Below are positions 1 to 10,304 of a DNA stretch of 16,945 bases, one piece after another. The notes under the pieces are model-generated. The model saw only the letters and a list, made by a program, of their open reading frames with translations. It was not told the origin of the DNA and made no database searches. Position 1 is the first letter of the stretch. Each line of letters opens with the position of its first letter. Both the position numbers and the translations under genes were made by a program. This stretch comes from Octopus sinensis (Eukaryota): NCBI RefSeq assembly GCF_006345805.1, contig NW_021825044.1:1-16945 (forward strand), given 5' to 3'.

Positions 1-40
1 TGAAGCTGATTGTTGGTATGTTCGCTGGATCAGAGTCTAA

Positions 41-135
41 GCAACAACAACAACAACAATAACAGCTACTACTACAACCAGAGAAACAATAACTATACCA
101 ACAAAAACAACAACAACAACAGCAACCACAACGTC
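41..135. repeat. Degenerate (AAC)n trinucleotide tract
   Basis: Runs of caacaacaac interrupted by aat/tac variants; source of the poly-N part of the 10..312 ORF. Confidence 0.8.
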
Positions 136-361
136 AGTAATAAAAACAATGGAAATAATATCGGAAGATACAACAGAAACTCGAGTGTCCCGAAATATAT
201 TAACAAATATTGTATGGAAGCACAAAAGTGTGTGAAATGCATTTTCTGCGTGATTGGAGTGAAGCAGCATTGTAAAGTGTGTATATGTGTGAGTGTGTGT
301 GTGGGTGTGTGAGGGAATGAAAAAGAGAAGTAGAAGAGTGAAAGTATTTTTGTTGTTGCTG

Positions 362-452
362 TAGATAGACGAATAGAGAAGTAGATAGAAAGATAGATAG
401 GTGGGTAGGTAGATGGATAGATAGATAGATATAGAGATAGATAGATAGATAT

Positions 453-483
<31 letters not shown>

Positions 484-566
484 TAGAGATAGATAGATAG
501 ATAGATGGATAGATAGATAGTTAGTTAGATAGGTAGATAGATAGAAAGATAGATAGATAGATAGAC

Positions 567-630
<64 letters not shown>
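362..630. repeat. (GATA)n microsatellite; (TATC)n 3' flank of the Tx1-like element
   Basis: Long near-perfect atag/gata repeat ending at 630, directly against the element's 3' end. Confidence 0.95.
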
Positions 631-631
<1 letters not shown>

Positions 632-1928
632 TGTTTCTTTATTAGCCACACAGGGCTGCACACAGATAGAACAAATCACAAGGTAGAGCTTTTCTTTTGA
701 AGGTTTAAAAAATAAAAAAAATAAAAAATAAAAAAAAATAAAAATAAAATAAAAAAGGGGGGTTCGATCAAAAGGGATCGTAAAAGGAGAGAAAGAGGAC
801 AAAAAAGGGGGGGTTAAAAAAAAAGGGGGAGAGGAAAAAAAATTGATCAATAGGATCGTTATCACAGAAATGTCAATATGAAGTGTAAGGGGAGGACAGG
901 TGAGGTTTACCCGTGGAAAGAAAAGCCTACGGAAAAGACCACGGTAACCTCGGTCAATGAAGTCACATGTTATATTTTTTTTTTTTTTTTTTTTTGCAAA
1001 TAAGCAACTCTCTGTATTATTTTTACGTTAATAGAATCATAGTCAAGGTGGCTTCGTCATTCATACGTGCCATCCTTGCTACATTCACCCATCTTTTTTA
1101 AAACATTCACTAGACAAAAACTTGCCTCTCTACTCTCACTTTTTCTTTCAAGTGATACTTGAAGAAGTTGATGAGAGATTGACCAGAGAGGAAAGTTTTT
1201 GTCTCTAATCCTTTCAGACGCGTCACCAGATACATTCTTTCGCCATAGCCACAAGTATGATAAAAATAGCTCTTCCTTCCGTTTGAAGGAAGGAGGCGTG
1301 CGATATTAACGATAGACTCGGCTGATAAACCGACTCGTCCCCCACGGACAGCAGTTGTTCGACATAAGCCCACAGGTCGGAAATTTTGTGGACACTGAAC
1401 GAGTGCGTGCAGGAACGGTTTCGTCGCTCTGCCCGCATCTCGGGCAGGTCGGCCCCGTGTTCTCGAGCCATGCCTATAGAGCTTATCCCGAACGGGTAGC
1501 GCTTCTCGGTAGCACCGCCAGGCCAGGGATCTCTGGAAGTTGTCCATAGGTCCCGGGCCGAAAGTCGTTTGAAACAGGCGGGTCAGGTATTCCTCGTCGA
1601 CGCCCAGGTTTGCCCCGAGCTCGTCGTCGTACCTCCCTCCACTAATCCCCTATAGAATGCTTTGGTTGTGTTGAAGTCACTCAAGGTCGACCCGGGACGG
1701 CAGAGTTGCTTGAGAGCAACGCGACACTCGCGGTGCCATTCGCCCTTCTTCGGCCTCTTTTTGATCCACGACTGTAGTTCGGTCATGGAGACGAGTTGCG
1801 GGAATGCGTGCCTCACAAACGGCGACCACACCTGTTCACCGTCGTCTACATAGAGCCGGAGATGTCGCAGTCTCAGCGCGTGTCTGCGCATCATCAACCA
1901 CGGCATGCCCAGCCCTCCTTTTAACGGG
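631..1928 (-). mobile_element. 5'-truncated non-LTR retrotransposon (LINE), L1/Tx1 clade: ORF2 C-terminal part plus 3' UTR
   Basis: The minus strand encodes a GGLG motif and a zf-RVT-like Cys/His cluster. These are followed by a T-rich 3' UTR with AATAAA (plus-strand tttatt, 638-643) and then (TATC)n. The terminal region is repeated in inverted orientation at 13883-14014. Confidence 0.88.
1023..1928 (-). pseudogene. Frameshifted ORF2 remnant (post-RT region and C-terminal CCHC zinc finger) of a Tx1-like LINE
   Basis: Stitching frames from ORFs 1583..1906, 1110..1547, 1223..1471 and 1057..1254 gives PLKGGLGMPWLMMRRHALRLRHL...YDDELGANLGVDEEYLTRLFQTTFGPGPMDNFQRSLAWRCYREALPVRDKLYRHG..PTCPRCGQSDETV-LHALVQCP..ISDLWAYVEQLL...GRAIFIILVAMAKECIW..TRLKGLETKTFLSGQSLINFFKYHLK...VARMARMNDEATLTMILLT*. 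The W-R-x6-LP-x3-L...CxxC..ET..H...C pattern is the L1/Tx1 ORF2 C-terminus. At least five frame changes are needed. Confidence 0.85.
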
Positions 1929-1966
<38 letters not shown>

Positions 1967-2180
1967 TGGTGGTGGGTAGATAGGTATGTAGGTAGATGGC
2001 TAAATAAATAGATAATACATACATAGATAATGGGTAGATAGAAAGATAGATAGACAGATAGATGGGTAGATAAATAGATAGATAGACAAACAGACAGACT
2101 GACAGACAGATAAACAGATAGATAGATTGCTAGACAGGTATATAGATAGATAAATAGGTAGATATATAGATAGATAGGAA
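1929..2180. repeat. (GATA)n grading into degenerate (GACA)/(GGTA)n; 5' flank of the Tx1-like element
   Basis: tagatagatagat starts immediately at 1929, next to the truncation point. Confidence 0.9.
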
Positions 2181-2459
2181 TGTAGGTCGGTAGGTATTAT
2201 GTAAATAGAGGAATTTATCTGCATTATAATATGTGACAATTATTCGGTTGCCATAATAAAACTCCGAGTTTTGGATGTCGGGGCAGAATTACTGCTCCGG
2301 CATCTCATCAGTTTTTAAGACAAACAAAAATGCTATGAAAATGACCGTTGAACAAAGAGAAATTACTATGTAAATGACCGTTATTAAGACAAACTAAAGA
2401 GCTATTGGAATGACCGCTAAATAGACGGGAAAATCCCGAAGGGGAGAAAGTAAAAATCA

Positions 2460-2646
2460 TAAGAAAAGGGTTTGATAAGTTTCTGGTTTTGGGTCAAAGA
2501 AAATTCATTTAATTATGATTTTATTCAGCATATTCCCCACTCAGATTCACACACTTATTGCAGCGGTCCTTAAGTTTTTCTAAGCCCTGTAAACCCGGCG
2601 TTTCGTAATAACCTTAAAACCAGTGACTTTTTAACATCCACTTGTA
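2460..2646 (-). mobile_element. Non-autonomous mariner-derived MITE (internally deleted Tc1/mariner element)
   Basis: Degenerate 31-bp terminal inverted repeats at 2460-2490 and 2616-2646 (about 20/31 matches, TA at both outer ends). Minus-strand 2592-2521 reads LQGLEKLKDRCNKCVNLSGEYAE*, matching the mariner transposase C-terminal G-x2-L-x2-R-x2-KC-x4-G-x-Y-x-E motif. Confidence 0.8.
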
Positions 2647-3311
2647 TATATGTATGTGTGTGTGTGTCTCTTTGTGTGTACGTGCTTGTGTGTATGTGTG
2701 TGTGTGTGAACATATATATGTAGCAACGATTGCGTGCGTGATGACATTTATGTGTGAGTGTGTAAGTGTGTGTGAGTGCGTGTCTGTGAATGACCTTGTG
2801 CGTGTGTGTAGGCATGTGTGTGTGTGTGTGTGAACGCATGTGTACGCGTGAGTGTGTAATTGTACGTGTGAGTTCAAGTCTGTGAATGAGCCTCTGTGTG
2901 TGTCCGTGTGCAGGTGTGTGTGTGTGTGTGAATGCATATGTATGTGTGAGTATGTAAGTGTGTGTGTGTGTGTGTGTTTGTGTCTGTATTTGTGCGTGTC
3001 AATCTATATGCGTGTACGAATGTGAGTGTATCTACGTGATATATTGTCAGTGTATGTATGAATGTGTCTATACTCAAATATCTGTATATGGAAGTGTTCA
3101 TATATATATATATATATACACGCTCACACACGCATATATATACATGTTGATTGTGTGAGTGCGCGTATAATAATCTATGTGCATGTATTTATATGAAAGT
3201 GTGCATGTATGTATATACTTGTATATGTGTATGCATGAATGAATGTATACATTTATGAAAGCTTGAAAGTGTATATCTATGTGCATACATAGGTATATAC
3301 GCATATATATA

Positions 3312-3370
<59 letters not shown>

Positions 3371-3597
3371 ATATATATATATATATAATATATATATATA
3401 GGCACGTACTGCGCAAGTTTACATGTTTCTAAATATGTATATATATATATATATATTATATATAATATATCTTTATTGATATGTACATATATCACCACAT
3501 GCATATATGTAAATACATATATATATTTAAATGTGTCTCTGTATATGTATATGAATGTGTATGTATATATGTGTATGTATGTATAAGTATGCATGTG

Positions 3598-3658
<61 letters not shown>

Positions 3659-3748
3659 ATGAATTTGTATGTAACTGTAGGTATATATATGTTGCATGTG
3701 TAATATACATATGTGAGTGTGTGTGTGTGTGTGTGTGGGTGTGTGTGC
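2647..3748. repeat. Compound (TG)n/(TA)n/(TATG)n low-complexity tract
   Basis: Direct inspection; all ORFs here are H/T/Y/I/C/V dinucleotide translations. Confidence 0.9.
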
Positions 3749-3894
3749 ATGGCTGGTTGTCTGGGAGGTGGATATCCTCGAATCCAATGTTGACAGTGTG
3801 AATGCGGTGGGTTGCGACGGGGGGTACTTTAGCCGGCGGAAAGGATACCAAGAGCAGTGAAGCGTGACAAAACAGCTGGACGCAAATCACCGTA

Positions 3895-4053
3895 GTCACC
3901 GCCACCACCACCACCACCACCATCCTCATCACCATCATCATCATCATCACCATCACCGTTCACGTCATCATCATCATGGTCGCGATCATCGTCACCTTCA
4001 TCAGAGACACCGTTATCGTTATAATCATCAGCAACACTGTCATCATCATCATT

Positions 4054-4089
<36 letters not shown>

Positions 4090-4187
4090 GTCATCATCAT
4101 TATCATCACATCATCATTAACACCATCATCATCATCATCATCATTACCATCACCATCATCATAATCGTCCTCGTCATCATCATCATT

Positions 4188-4218
<31 letters not shown>

Positions 4219-4510
4219 CCATCATCGTCATCATCATCATCCTCATCATCATTGTCATCATCGTCATCATCATCATCATCATAATCATCCTCCTCCTCCT
4301 CCTCCTTCTCATCATCATCATCATCATCAAAGTCATCATCATCATCATCAACATCATCTTTATCGCCGTCCTTCACGTCATTTTCATCATCACCATCACC
4401 ATAATCGTCACCATCGCCACAATGAATATCATCACCATCATCATCAACATCATCGTCATCGTTTACGTCGTCATCACCATCAACAACGACCTGATCATAG
4501 CCATCGCAAT
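3895..4510. repeat. Degenerate (CAT)n/(CAC)n trinucleotide tract
   Basis: Direct inspection; gives poly-H/I/S and poly-D/M ORFs. Confidence 0.9.
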
Positions 4511-4556
4511 TGCCTTCGTCGACATCGTCGCACTGAGAACTATGAGCGCATCAGAA

Positions 4557-4603
4557 TAATGATGGAGGTGATGACGACGACGATGATGATGATAATGACG
4601 ACG

Positions 4604-4635
<32 letters not shown>

Positions 4636-4651
4636 GATGATAATGACGACG

Positions 4652-4743
<92 letters not shown>

Positions 4744-4770
4744 AATAATAATAATAATAATGTTAATAAT
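4557..4770. repeat. (GAT)n tract ending in (AAT)n
   Basis: Direct inspection; this motif is the reverse complement of the preceding (CAT)n tract. Confidence 0.9.
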
Positions 4771-4839
4771 GTTTGTAACACTATCAATAATATCAATATT
4801 AATAGGGAATGTAATAAACTAAGATACAGGTAATTAAGA

Positions 4840-4874
4840 ATGTGTGTGCGTTTGTGCGTATATATGTACACACA

Positions 4875-4911
<37 letters not shown>

Positions 4912-5062
4912 TATATATATATATATATATATAAACATCTCAATCTATATATATATACATATGCCTAATATCCGAGTATTAATGTATATACATACACATG
5001 TACAGATGTATATAAATACATGCATATGTACATACGCACACACATGCACTTGTATATCTATC

Positions 5063-5104
<42 letters not shown>

Positions 5105-5186
5105 ATCTCTCTCTTTCCCTCTGTTTATACACACATACATATATTGTATATATATATGATATATATATGTACGTGTGCGTATATAC

Positions 5187-5247
<61 letters not shown>

Positions 5248-5282
5248 TTTTTATATGTATACATCCAACACATATACACATA
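4840..5282. repeat. Compound (TA)n/(CA)n/(TATC)n tract
   Basis: Direct inspection. Confidence 0.85.
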
Positions 5283-5399
5283 GACTGGCTGAAAAATGAA
5301 ATTTGCCAAACCACATACTGCGTAACCAAATAAAAGCAAAATAAACGACAAAACCCATATAAAGATATAAAAATAAATAAATAAATGAAAACCATACAT

Positions 5400-5615
5400 G
5401 ACGTTCAAAATACATAAACGTCCACGTATTTCCATAATAATTACATTTGCATGTCGTCGCTTTGTGCCCACGAAACAATTGCGGACATCATACTTTAATA
5501 AGACGTACGCCGCTGCGAGGATGTTCTGGAAGGAAGTGACACAATTGGTCGCGCTTAGCGTTCGACGAAAAATTTCTGGGTTCCGCTCGCCGAGACACTC
5601 CGCCAGCAGTATTGG
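5400..5615. promoter_or_regulatory. Candidate CpG-rich promoter/enhancer-like island
   Basis: About 20 CpG in about 205 bp of non-repetitive sequence. ETS-like GGAAGTG (5532-5538) lies next to ATTGG (reverse CCAAT, 5544-5548), with a second ATTGG at 5611-5615 and TGACGT at 5399-5404. Function is inferred only. Confidence 0.35.
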
Positions 5616-5626
5616 TAGTAGTAGTG

Positions 5627-5658
<32 letters not shown>
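5616..5658. repeat. (TAG)n microsatellite
   Basis: Direct inspection. Confidence 0.9.
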
Positions 5659-5659
<1 letters not shown>

Positions 5660-5738
5660 TGTAATATTTGTGGTGTTGCATAAAAATGTGTGTGTGTGTT
5701 AATATTCACATGTGTATATTCATATATATGTATATATG

Positions 5739-5781
<43 letters not shown>

Positions 5782-5874
5782 TCACACACATATATATATA
5801 TATATATTCTCCCAGTATTCTATCCTATTACTCTTTCGTTTTCTCCCTGCCTCTCTCTTAATCTTCTACCTCCC

Positions 5875-5991
5875 CTTCTTCTTCTTCTTCTTCTTCTTCT
5901 TCTTCTTCTTCTTCTTCTTCTTCTTCTTCTCTCTTCTCTTCTTCTCTTCTTCTTCTTCTTCTTCTTCTTCTTCTTCTACTACTACTACTAC
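5875..5991. repeat. (CTT)n polypyrimidine tract followed by (CTA)n
   Basis: About 100 bp of nearly pure ctt, then ctactacta. Confidence 0.92.
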
Positions 5992-6017
5992 TTCTCTTCT
6001 TTTACCTTCTTTTCCAA

Positions 6018-6074
6018 GTATATATATGTATATATATGTACATATATGTACATATATGTATATATATGTATATA

Positions 6075-6130
<56 letters not shown>

Positions 6131-6300
6131 CATGTATATATGTATATATATATATATGTGTATATATATGTACATATATGTAAAATATAAATGTGTATTT
6201 GTAGGCATATGTGCAATTATGTATATGTATTTATACGCATGTGTGTATAGATACACATATATGGATTTCTGTGTTTATAGATGCATCTGTATATTCAATG

Positions 6301-6342
<42 letters not shown>

Positions 6343-6915
6343 AATGCCTATATAAATGTGTACATAATCATGTCGATATATGATTACACAATACACACTA
6401 ATACGAATTCATATATATATATATGTGTGTGTGTATAGGTGTGTGCGTGTGTGTGTGTCTATGTGCTTGTGAATATATACATATATTTATATACATTCAT
6501 ATATATATCCCATGTACATATATATATATATGTATATTTATATGTCTATATATATATATATATACGCGTATACACACACTCAAACACACATACACACACA
6601 TATATATATATACGTGTATATATATATATTTATTGACACAAGTACATATTTGTGTTCGTAGATGCGGGTATTGATATAACTATATGCGGATATGTGTGCA
6701 TATGCATCTGTGTGTATATGCGTGCGCAGAAAAAAGATATTAACAGAATAAGACCGGCTGGGCCTCAGGCTATGGGCTTGCACGTTTTTGTCTGCATCAA
6801 TGAACAGGAACATACACGCCTATTGCGAAGACCACGCGTGTACAATAAACGTACCCCACCTCACTCATGCCAAGCATAGACACTCATATGTGTGTGTTAT
6901 ATATATATATTATAT

Positions 6916-6957
<42 letters not shown>

Positions 6958-7155
6958 TATTCATATATATATATATGTAATATATATATTATATACATAT
7001 ATACATATATTTATATATACATATATCTATATATGCATATATATATATATACATATATATATACATGCATATATATATATATTCCTATGATGGTATATAT
7101 ATATATATACGTATATATGTCTATATATATATGTATATATATATGTGTGTATGTG

Positions 7156-7199
<44 letters not shown>

Positions 7200-7233
7200 C
7201 ATGCAAGCATACCTTTATACATACATACATACA

Positions 7234-7267
<34 letters not shown>

Positions 7268-7425
7268 CATACATACACACATATATACAAACATATATAT
7301 ATATATACATGCATTCATATATGAATGTATATATTTATATATGTATATGTATGTGTATATAGAGGAACAGATATCTATATCTATCTATATATATGCATAT
7401 GTATGTGTATATATATATAATATAT

Positions 7426-7459
<34 letters not shown>
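6018..7459. repeat. (TA)n-dominated compound microsatellite region with (TG)n and (TACA)n, containing a short unique island at about 6730-6890
   Basis: Direct inspection. Confidence 0.85.
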
Positions 7460-7540
7460 GTCATGTGGCCTAGTGATCATTCACAATCTCAAGGACGAGG
7501 TTTCGCTTCCCCGCACAGGTAGCGCGTTGCGTTTTTGCTC
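7460..7540 (+). mobile_element. Highly degraded tRNA-derived SINE head
   Basis: Box A-like tggcctagtg (7466-7475), box B-like ggtttcgcttcc (7499-7510), then gcgttgcgtttttg, resembling the post-tRNA segment of the neighbouring SINEs. Confidence 0.45.
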
Positions 7541-7589
7541 CAACGAAATCCCGATGTGAATGCCCTTTCTATCACAGGTTTAACTTTCC

Positions 7590-7723
7590 AGGTATTACTG
7601 GGACCCTTTATAGCTGAGTCGACTGGGGCAACATTTAGGTGAAACGCTTTGCTCAAGAACACAGGTATTCGAAACAAGAAGCTTATGACCATGAGTCCAG
7701 CATGCTAACCGCAAAACCATACC
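7590..7723 (-). mobile_element. Degraded tRNA-derived SINE (head plus central domain)
   Basis: The minus strand has box A-like tggttttgcggttag and a decayed box B (ttgtttcgaatacc), followed by gtgttcttgagcaaagcg...gttgccccagtcgactcagct, shared with the copy at 7765-7954. Confidence 0.6.
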
Positions 7724-7764
7724 TCTCTCTAAAAATATGAGGGACATTTCAGGGTCATATAACC

Positions 7765-7954
7765 TCCTAGGGTCAGTTTTCCATTTCCCCACTGTACAGG
7801 ATGGCCTGTCTGTTGCAGTATGAATAATTTTTACCTGGCTGAGTGGGACTTGATCAACATAAAATGAAGAGTTTTGCTAAAGAGCACAAGGTATTTCTCT
7901 GTGCAGGAATCGAAACCTCTATCTTATGATTATGAGTTTAAGACCTTAATTACT
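7765..7954 (-). mobile_element. Degraded tRNA-derived SINE
   Basis: Box B ggtttcgattcc (reverse complement of 7906-7917) is identical to box B of the SINE at 10360-10371. It is followed by gtgctctttagcaaaac...gttgatcaagtcccactcagccagg, homologous to the 7590-7723 copy. Confidence 0.65.
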
Positions 7955-8033
7955 GTGTGTGTGTGTATGGACAAAATGTTTAACAAATCAGTATCTTTAA
8001 AATCCGTTACGGGGACTATCGTGAGTTAAGGGA

Positions 8034-9030
8034 CACCACCACCACCACCACAACTCTACCACTGCCGCCACCACCACCACCACCACCACAACCGCCGCCG
8101 CCGCCGCCACCACCACTCTACCACCGCCACCACAACACTAAAATCCCCACCTGCACCAACACAACCACCACCCGCACCAGTGTCACACGTACCACAGCCA
8201 CCTCCACCTGTATCACCAACATCACCACCACCCGTACCACGAAGACTGCTGCAACTACCACCGCAACTTCAACACTACTAACAAACTACTGTCACCACTA
8301 CAATCATTGCCACTGTCAATGCCTGCATCAAAATCACAACTTACACTGCAACCTCTACTGTCACTGCACAAACTACAACAACAACAACAACAACTACTAC
8401 TACTACTACTACTACTACTACAACCACCACTACCACCACCATCGTCAGCACAATGGCATCCACTACCACTGCAGCCGCCAACACCACCACTATCACCGAC
8501 ACCCCAGCCCCCAACTACCACACATACAACCACCGCTATCGGTGTCACCGCCAGCACCACAACCATCGACACCATCATCACCACCACCACCACTACCACC
8601 ACCACCACCTCCACCACCTCCACATCCCCAACCACCAGCACTACCAACATCACCACCACCACCACCACAACCACCACCACCACCACCACCACTACCACCA
8701 CGCAACCACCACCATCGCTGTCACCGCGAGCACCAAAACCATCGACACCACCTCCACCACCACCACCTCAACCACCACGTCAACCACCAGCACCAGTACC
8801 AGCACAACCAGCATCACCACCTCAACCACCAGCACCAGTACCAGTACCACCATCACCACTACCACCACCACCACCACCACCGTCACCACCACCACCACCA
8901 TCGCTGTCACCGCGAGCATCACAACCATCGACACCACCACCACCACCTCCACCATCACCTCAACCCCTACCACCACCAACCAGTACCACCACCATCACCA
9001 CCACGACGACCACCACCACCACCTCCCCAC
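8034..9030. repeat. Degenerate (ACC)n/(ACT)n/(AAC)n tract with an embedded 36-bp motif repeated three times
   Basis: Direct inspection; motif copies at 8538-8573, 8714-8749 and 8900-8935. Confidence 0.85.
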
Positions 9031-9191
9031 CGCCCTCACCCTAAGAGATATCTCGATATTTTGTAATATTCAATATTTTCTTCTTAATATCGTTGTTGTT
9101 GTTGTTGTTGACGTTGTTGGCCATTGACGCGGAAGAGAATTTTCAATTTTTGAAATATTGTTAATTAACAGAGAAGGAAAACGGCGAAGAC

Positions 9192-9320
9192 AATAACAAC
9201 AACAACAAGAACAACAACAAGAACAACAACAAGAACAACAACAAGGGCAACAGCAAGAACAACAACAAGAACAACAAGAACAACAACAAGAACAACAACA
9301 AGGGCAATAGCTAGAACAGC
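9192..9320. repeat. (AAC)n with (AACAACAACAAG)n sub-periodicity
   Basis: Direct inspection. Confidence 0.85.
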
Positions 9321-9364
9321 AACTGTAACGTCAGCAACGAGATTACAAAGAGCAACAATCATTA

Positions 9365-9366
9365 AT

Positions 9367-9431
<65 letters not shown>

Positions 9432-9458
9432 AATCATCCTCATCATCATCATCACCAC

Positions 9459-9500
<42 letters not shown>

Positions 9501-9647
9501 ATCGTCATCATCATCATCATCGTCGTCATCATCATCATCATCCTCATCATCATCATCGTCGTCATCATCATCATCATCGTCATCACCATCATCAACATCT
9601 TCATCATCATAGTCATCATCATCATTGTCATCATCATCATCACAATC

Positions 9648-9679
<32 letters not shown>

Positions 9680-10050
9680 CATCGCCATCATCATCCTCAT
9701 CCTCATCCTCATCATCATCATCATCATTATCATTATCATCATCATCATCACCATCTCCATCTCCATCATCATCGTCATCATCATCAGCACGATTATCATC
9801 ATCATCATTATCATCATCATCTCCACCACTACCACCAACACTACCATCACCACCATCATCATCATTGCGATCATCATCGTCGTCATTTTCACCAATCATC
9901 ATCATCGTCTTTATCATTAATAATCAGCATCGAATTCGTCAGAGTCGTTGTCCACCCTCTCCTCTTCCCCTTCCTCCTCCCCATCCTCATCATTGCCATC
10001 ACCAATATCATCATCATCATCATCATCATCATCATAATCGTCATCACCGT
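9365..10050. repeat. (CAT)n trinucleotide tract, pure at the start and degenerate distally
   Basis: Direct inspection. Confidence 0.92.
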
Positions 10051-10304
10051 CGTCTTCAGGGATCTTGTTTATTGTTACCAAATATGCTAGAAACTACAGC
10101 CAAATCTCTCTTTACTTCGAGTCTCTAGGAGTCCGTTGGGCGAATATTTTACCGCCTTCGTACAACACCGGCATTTTACTTTCCCAGGAGAAGGGCCCTG
10201 AAATTCGCAATACTTCAGCATATACCCGTTCTGGGTCTCTTCGGGTACATCAATAAAACCTCTCACTAGAGATTTCTTGAGTTGACTTACGTACTCCTAT
10301 ATGG

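Noticed and set aside
10-312. Asn-rich ORF, and an alternative Thr-rich frame (41-235, [10 protein letters not shown]...[13 protein letters not shown])
   Set aside because: Largely a decayed (AAC)n tract running into (TG)n; no recognisable domain or clear splice sites. It cannot be fully excluded without upstream sequence or RNA-seq.
37-865. ORFs of repeated YLSI
   Set aside because: Translation of (TATC)n; the shared KEKLYLVIC...ANKETYLS peptide is simply the LINE 3' UTR read through.
3748-3895. GC-richer unique stretch with a short open frame ([35 protein letters not shown])
   Set aside because: No acceptor/donor pair or recognisable homology; too short to call an exon.
3864-4871. Poly-His, poly-Asp, poly-Met and poly-Ser ORFs
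   Set aside because: CAT/GAT repeats lack stop codons in most frames, so long ORFs are expected by chance.
8307-9127. Long Pro/Thr-rich ORFs as an intact mucin or extensin gene
   Set aside because: The Thr-rich reading switches frame at least twice, and (ACC)n is stop-free by nature. Kept only as a low-level finding.
10065-10256. 63-aa ORF ending at an AATAAA
   Set aside because: No recognisable homology, and the start (ccaaatatgctagaaactacagccaaatctc) resembles a repeat fragment.
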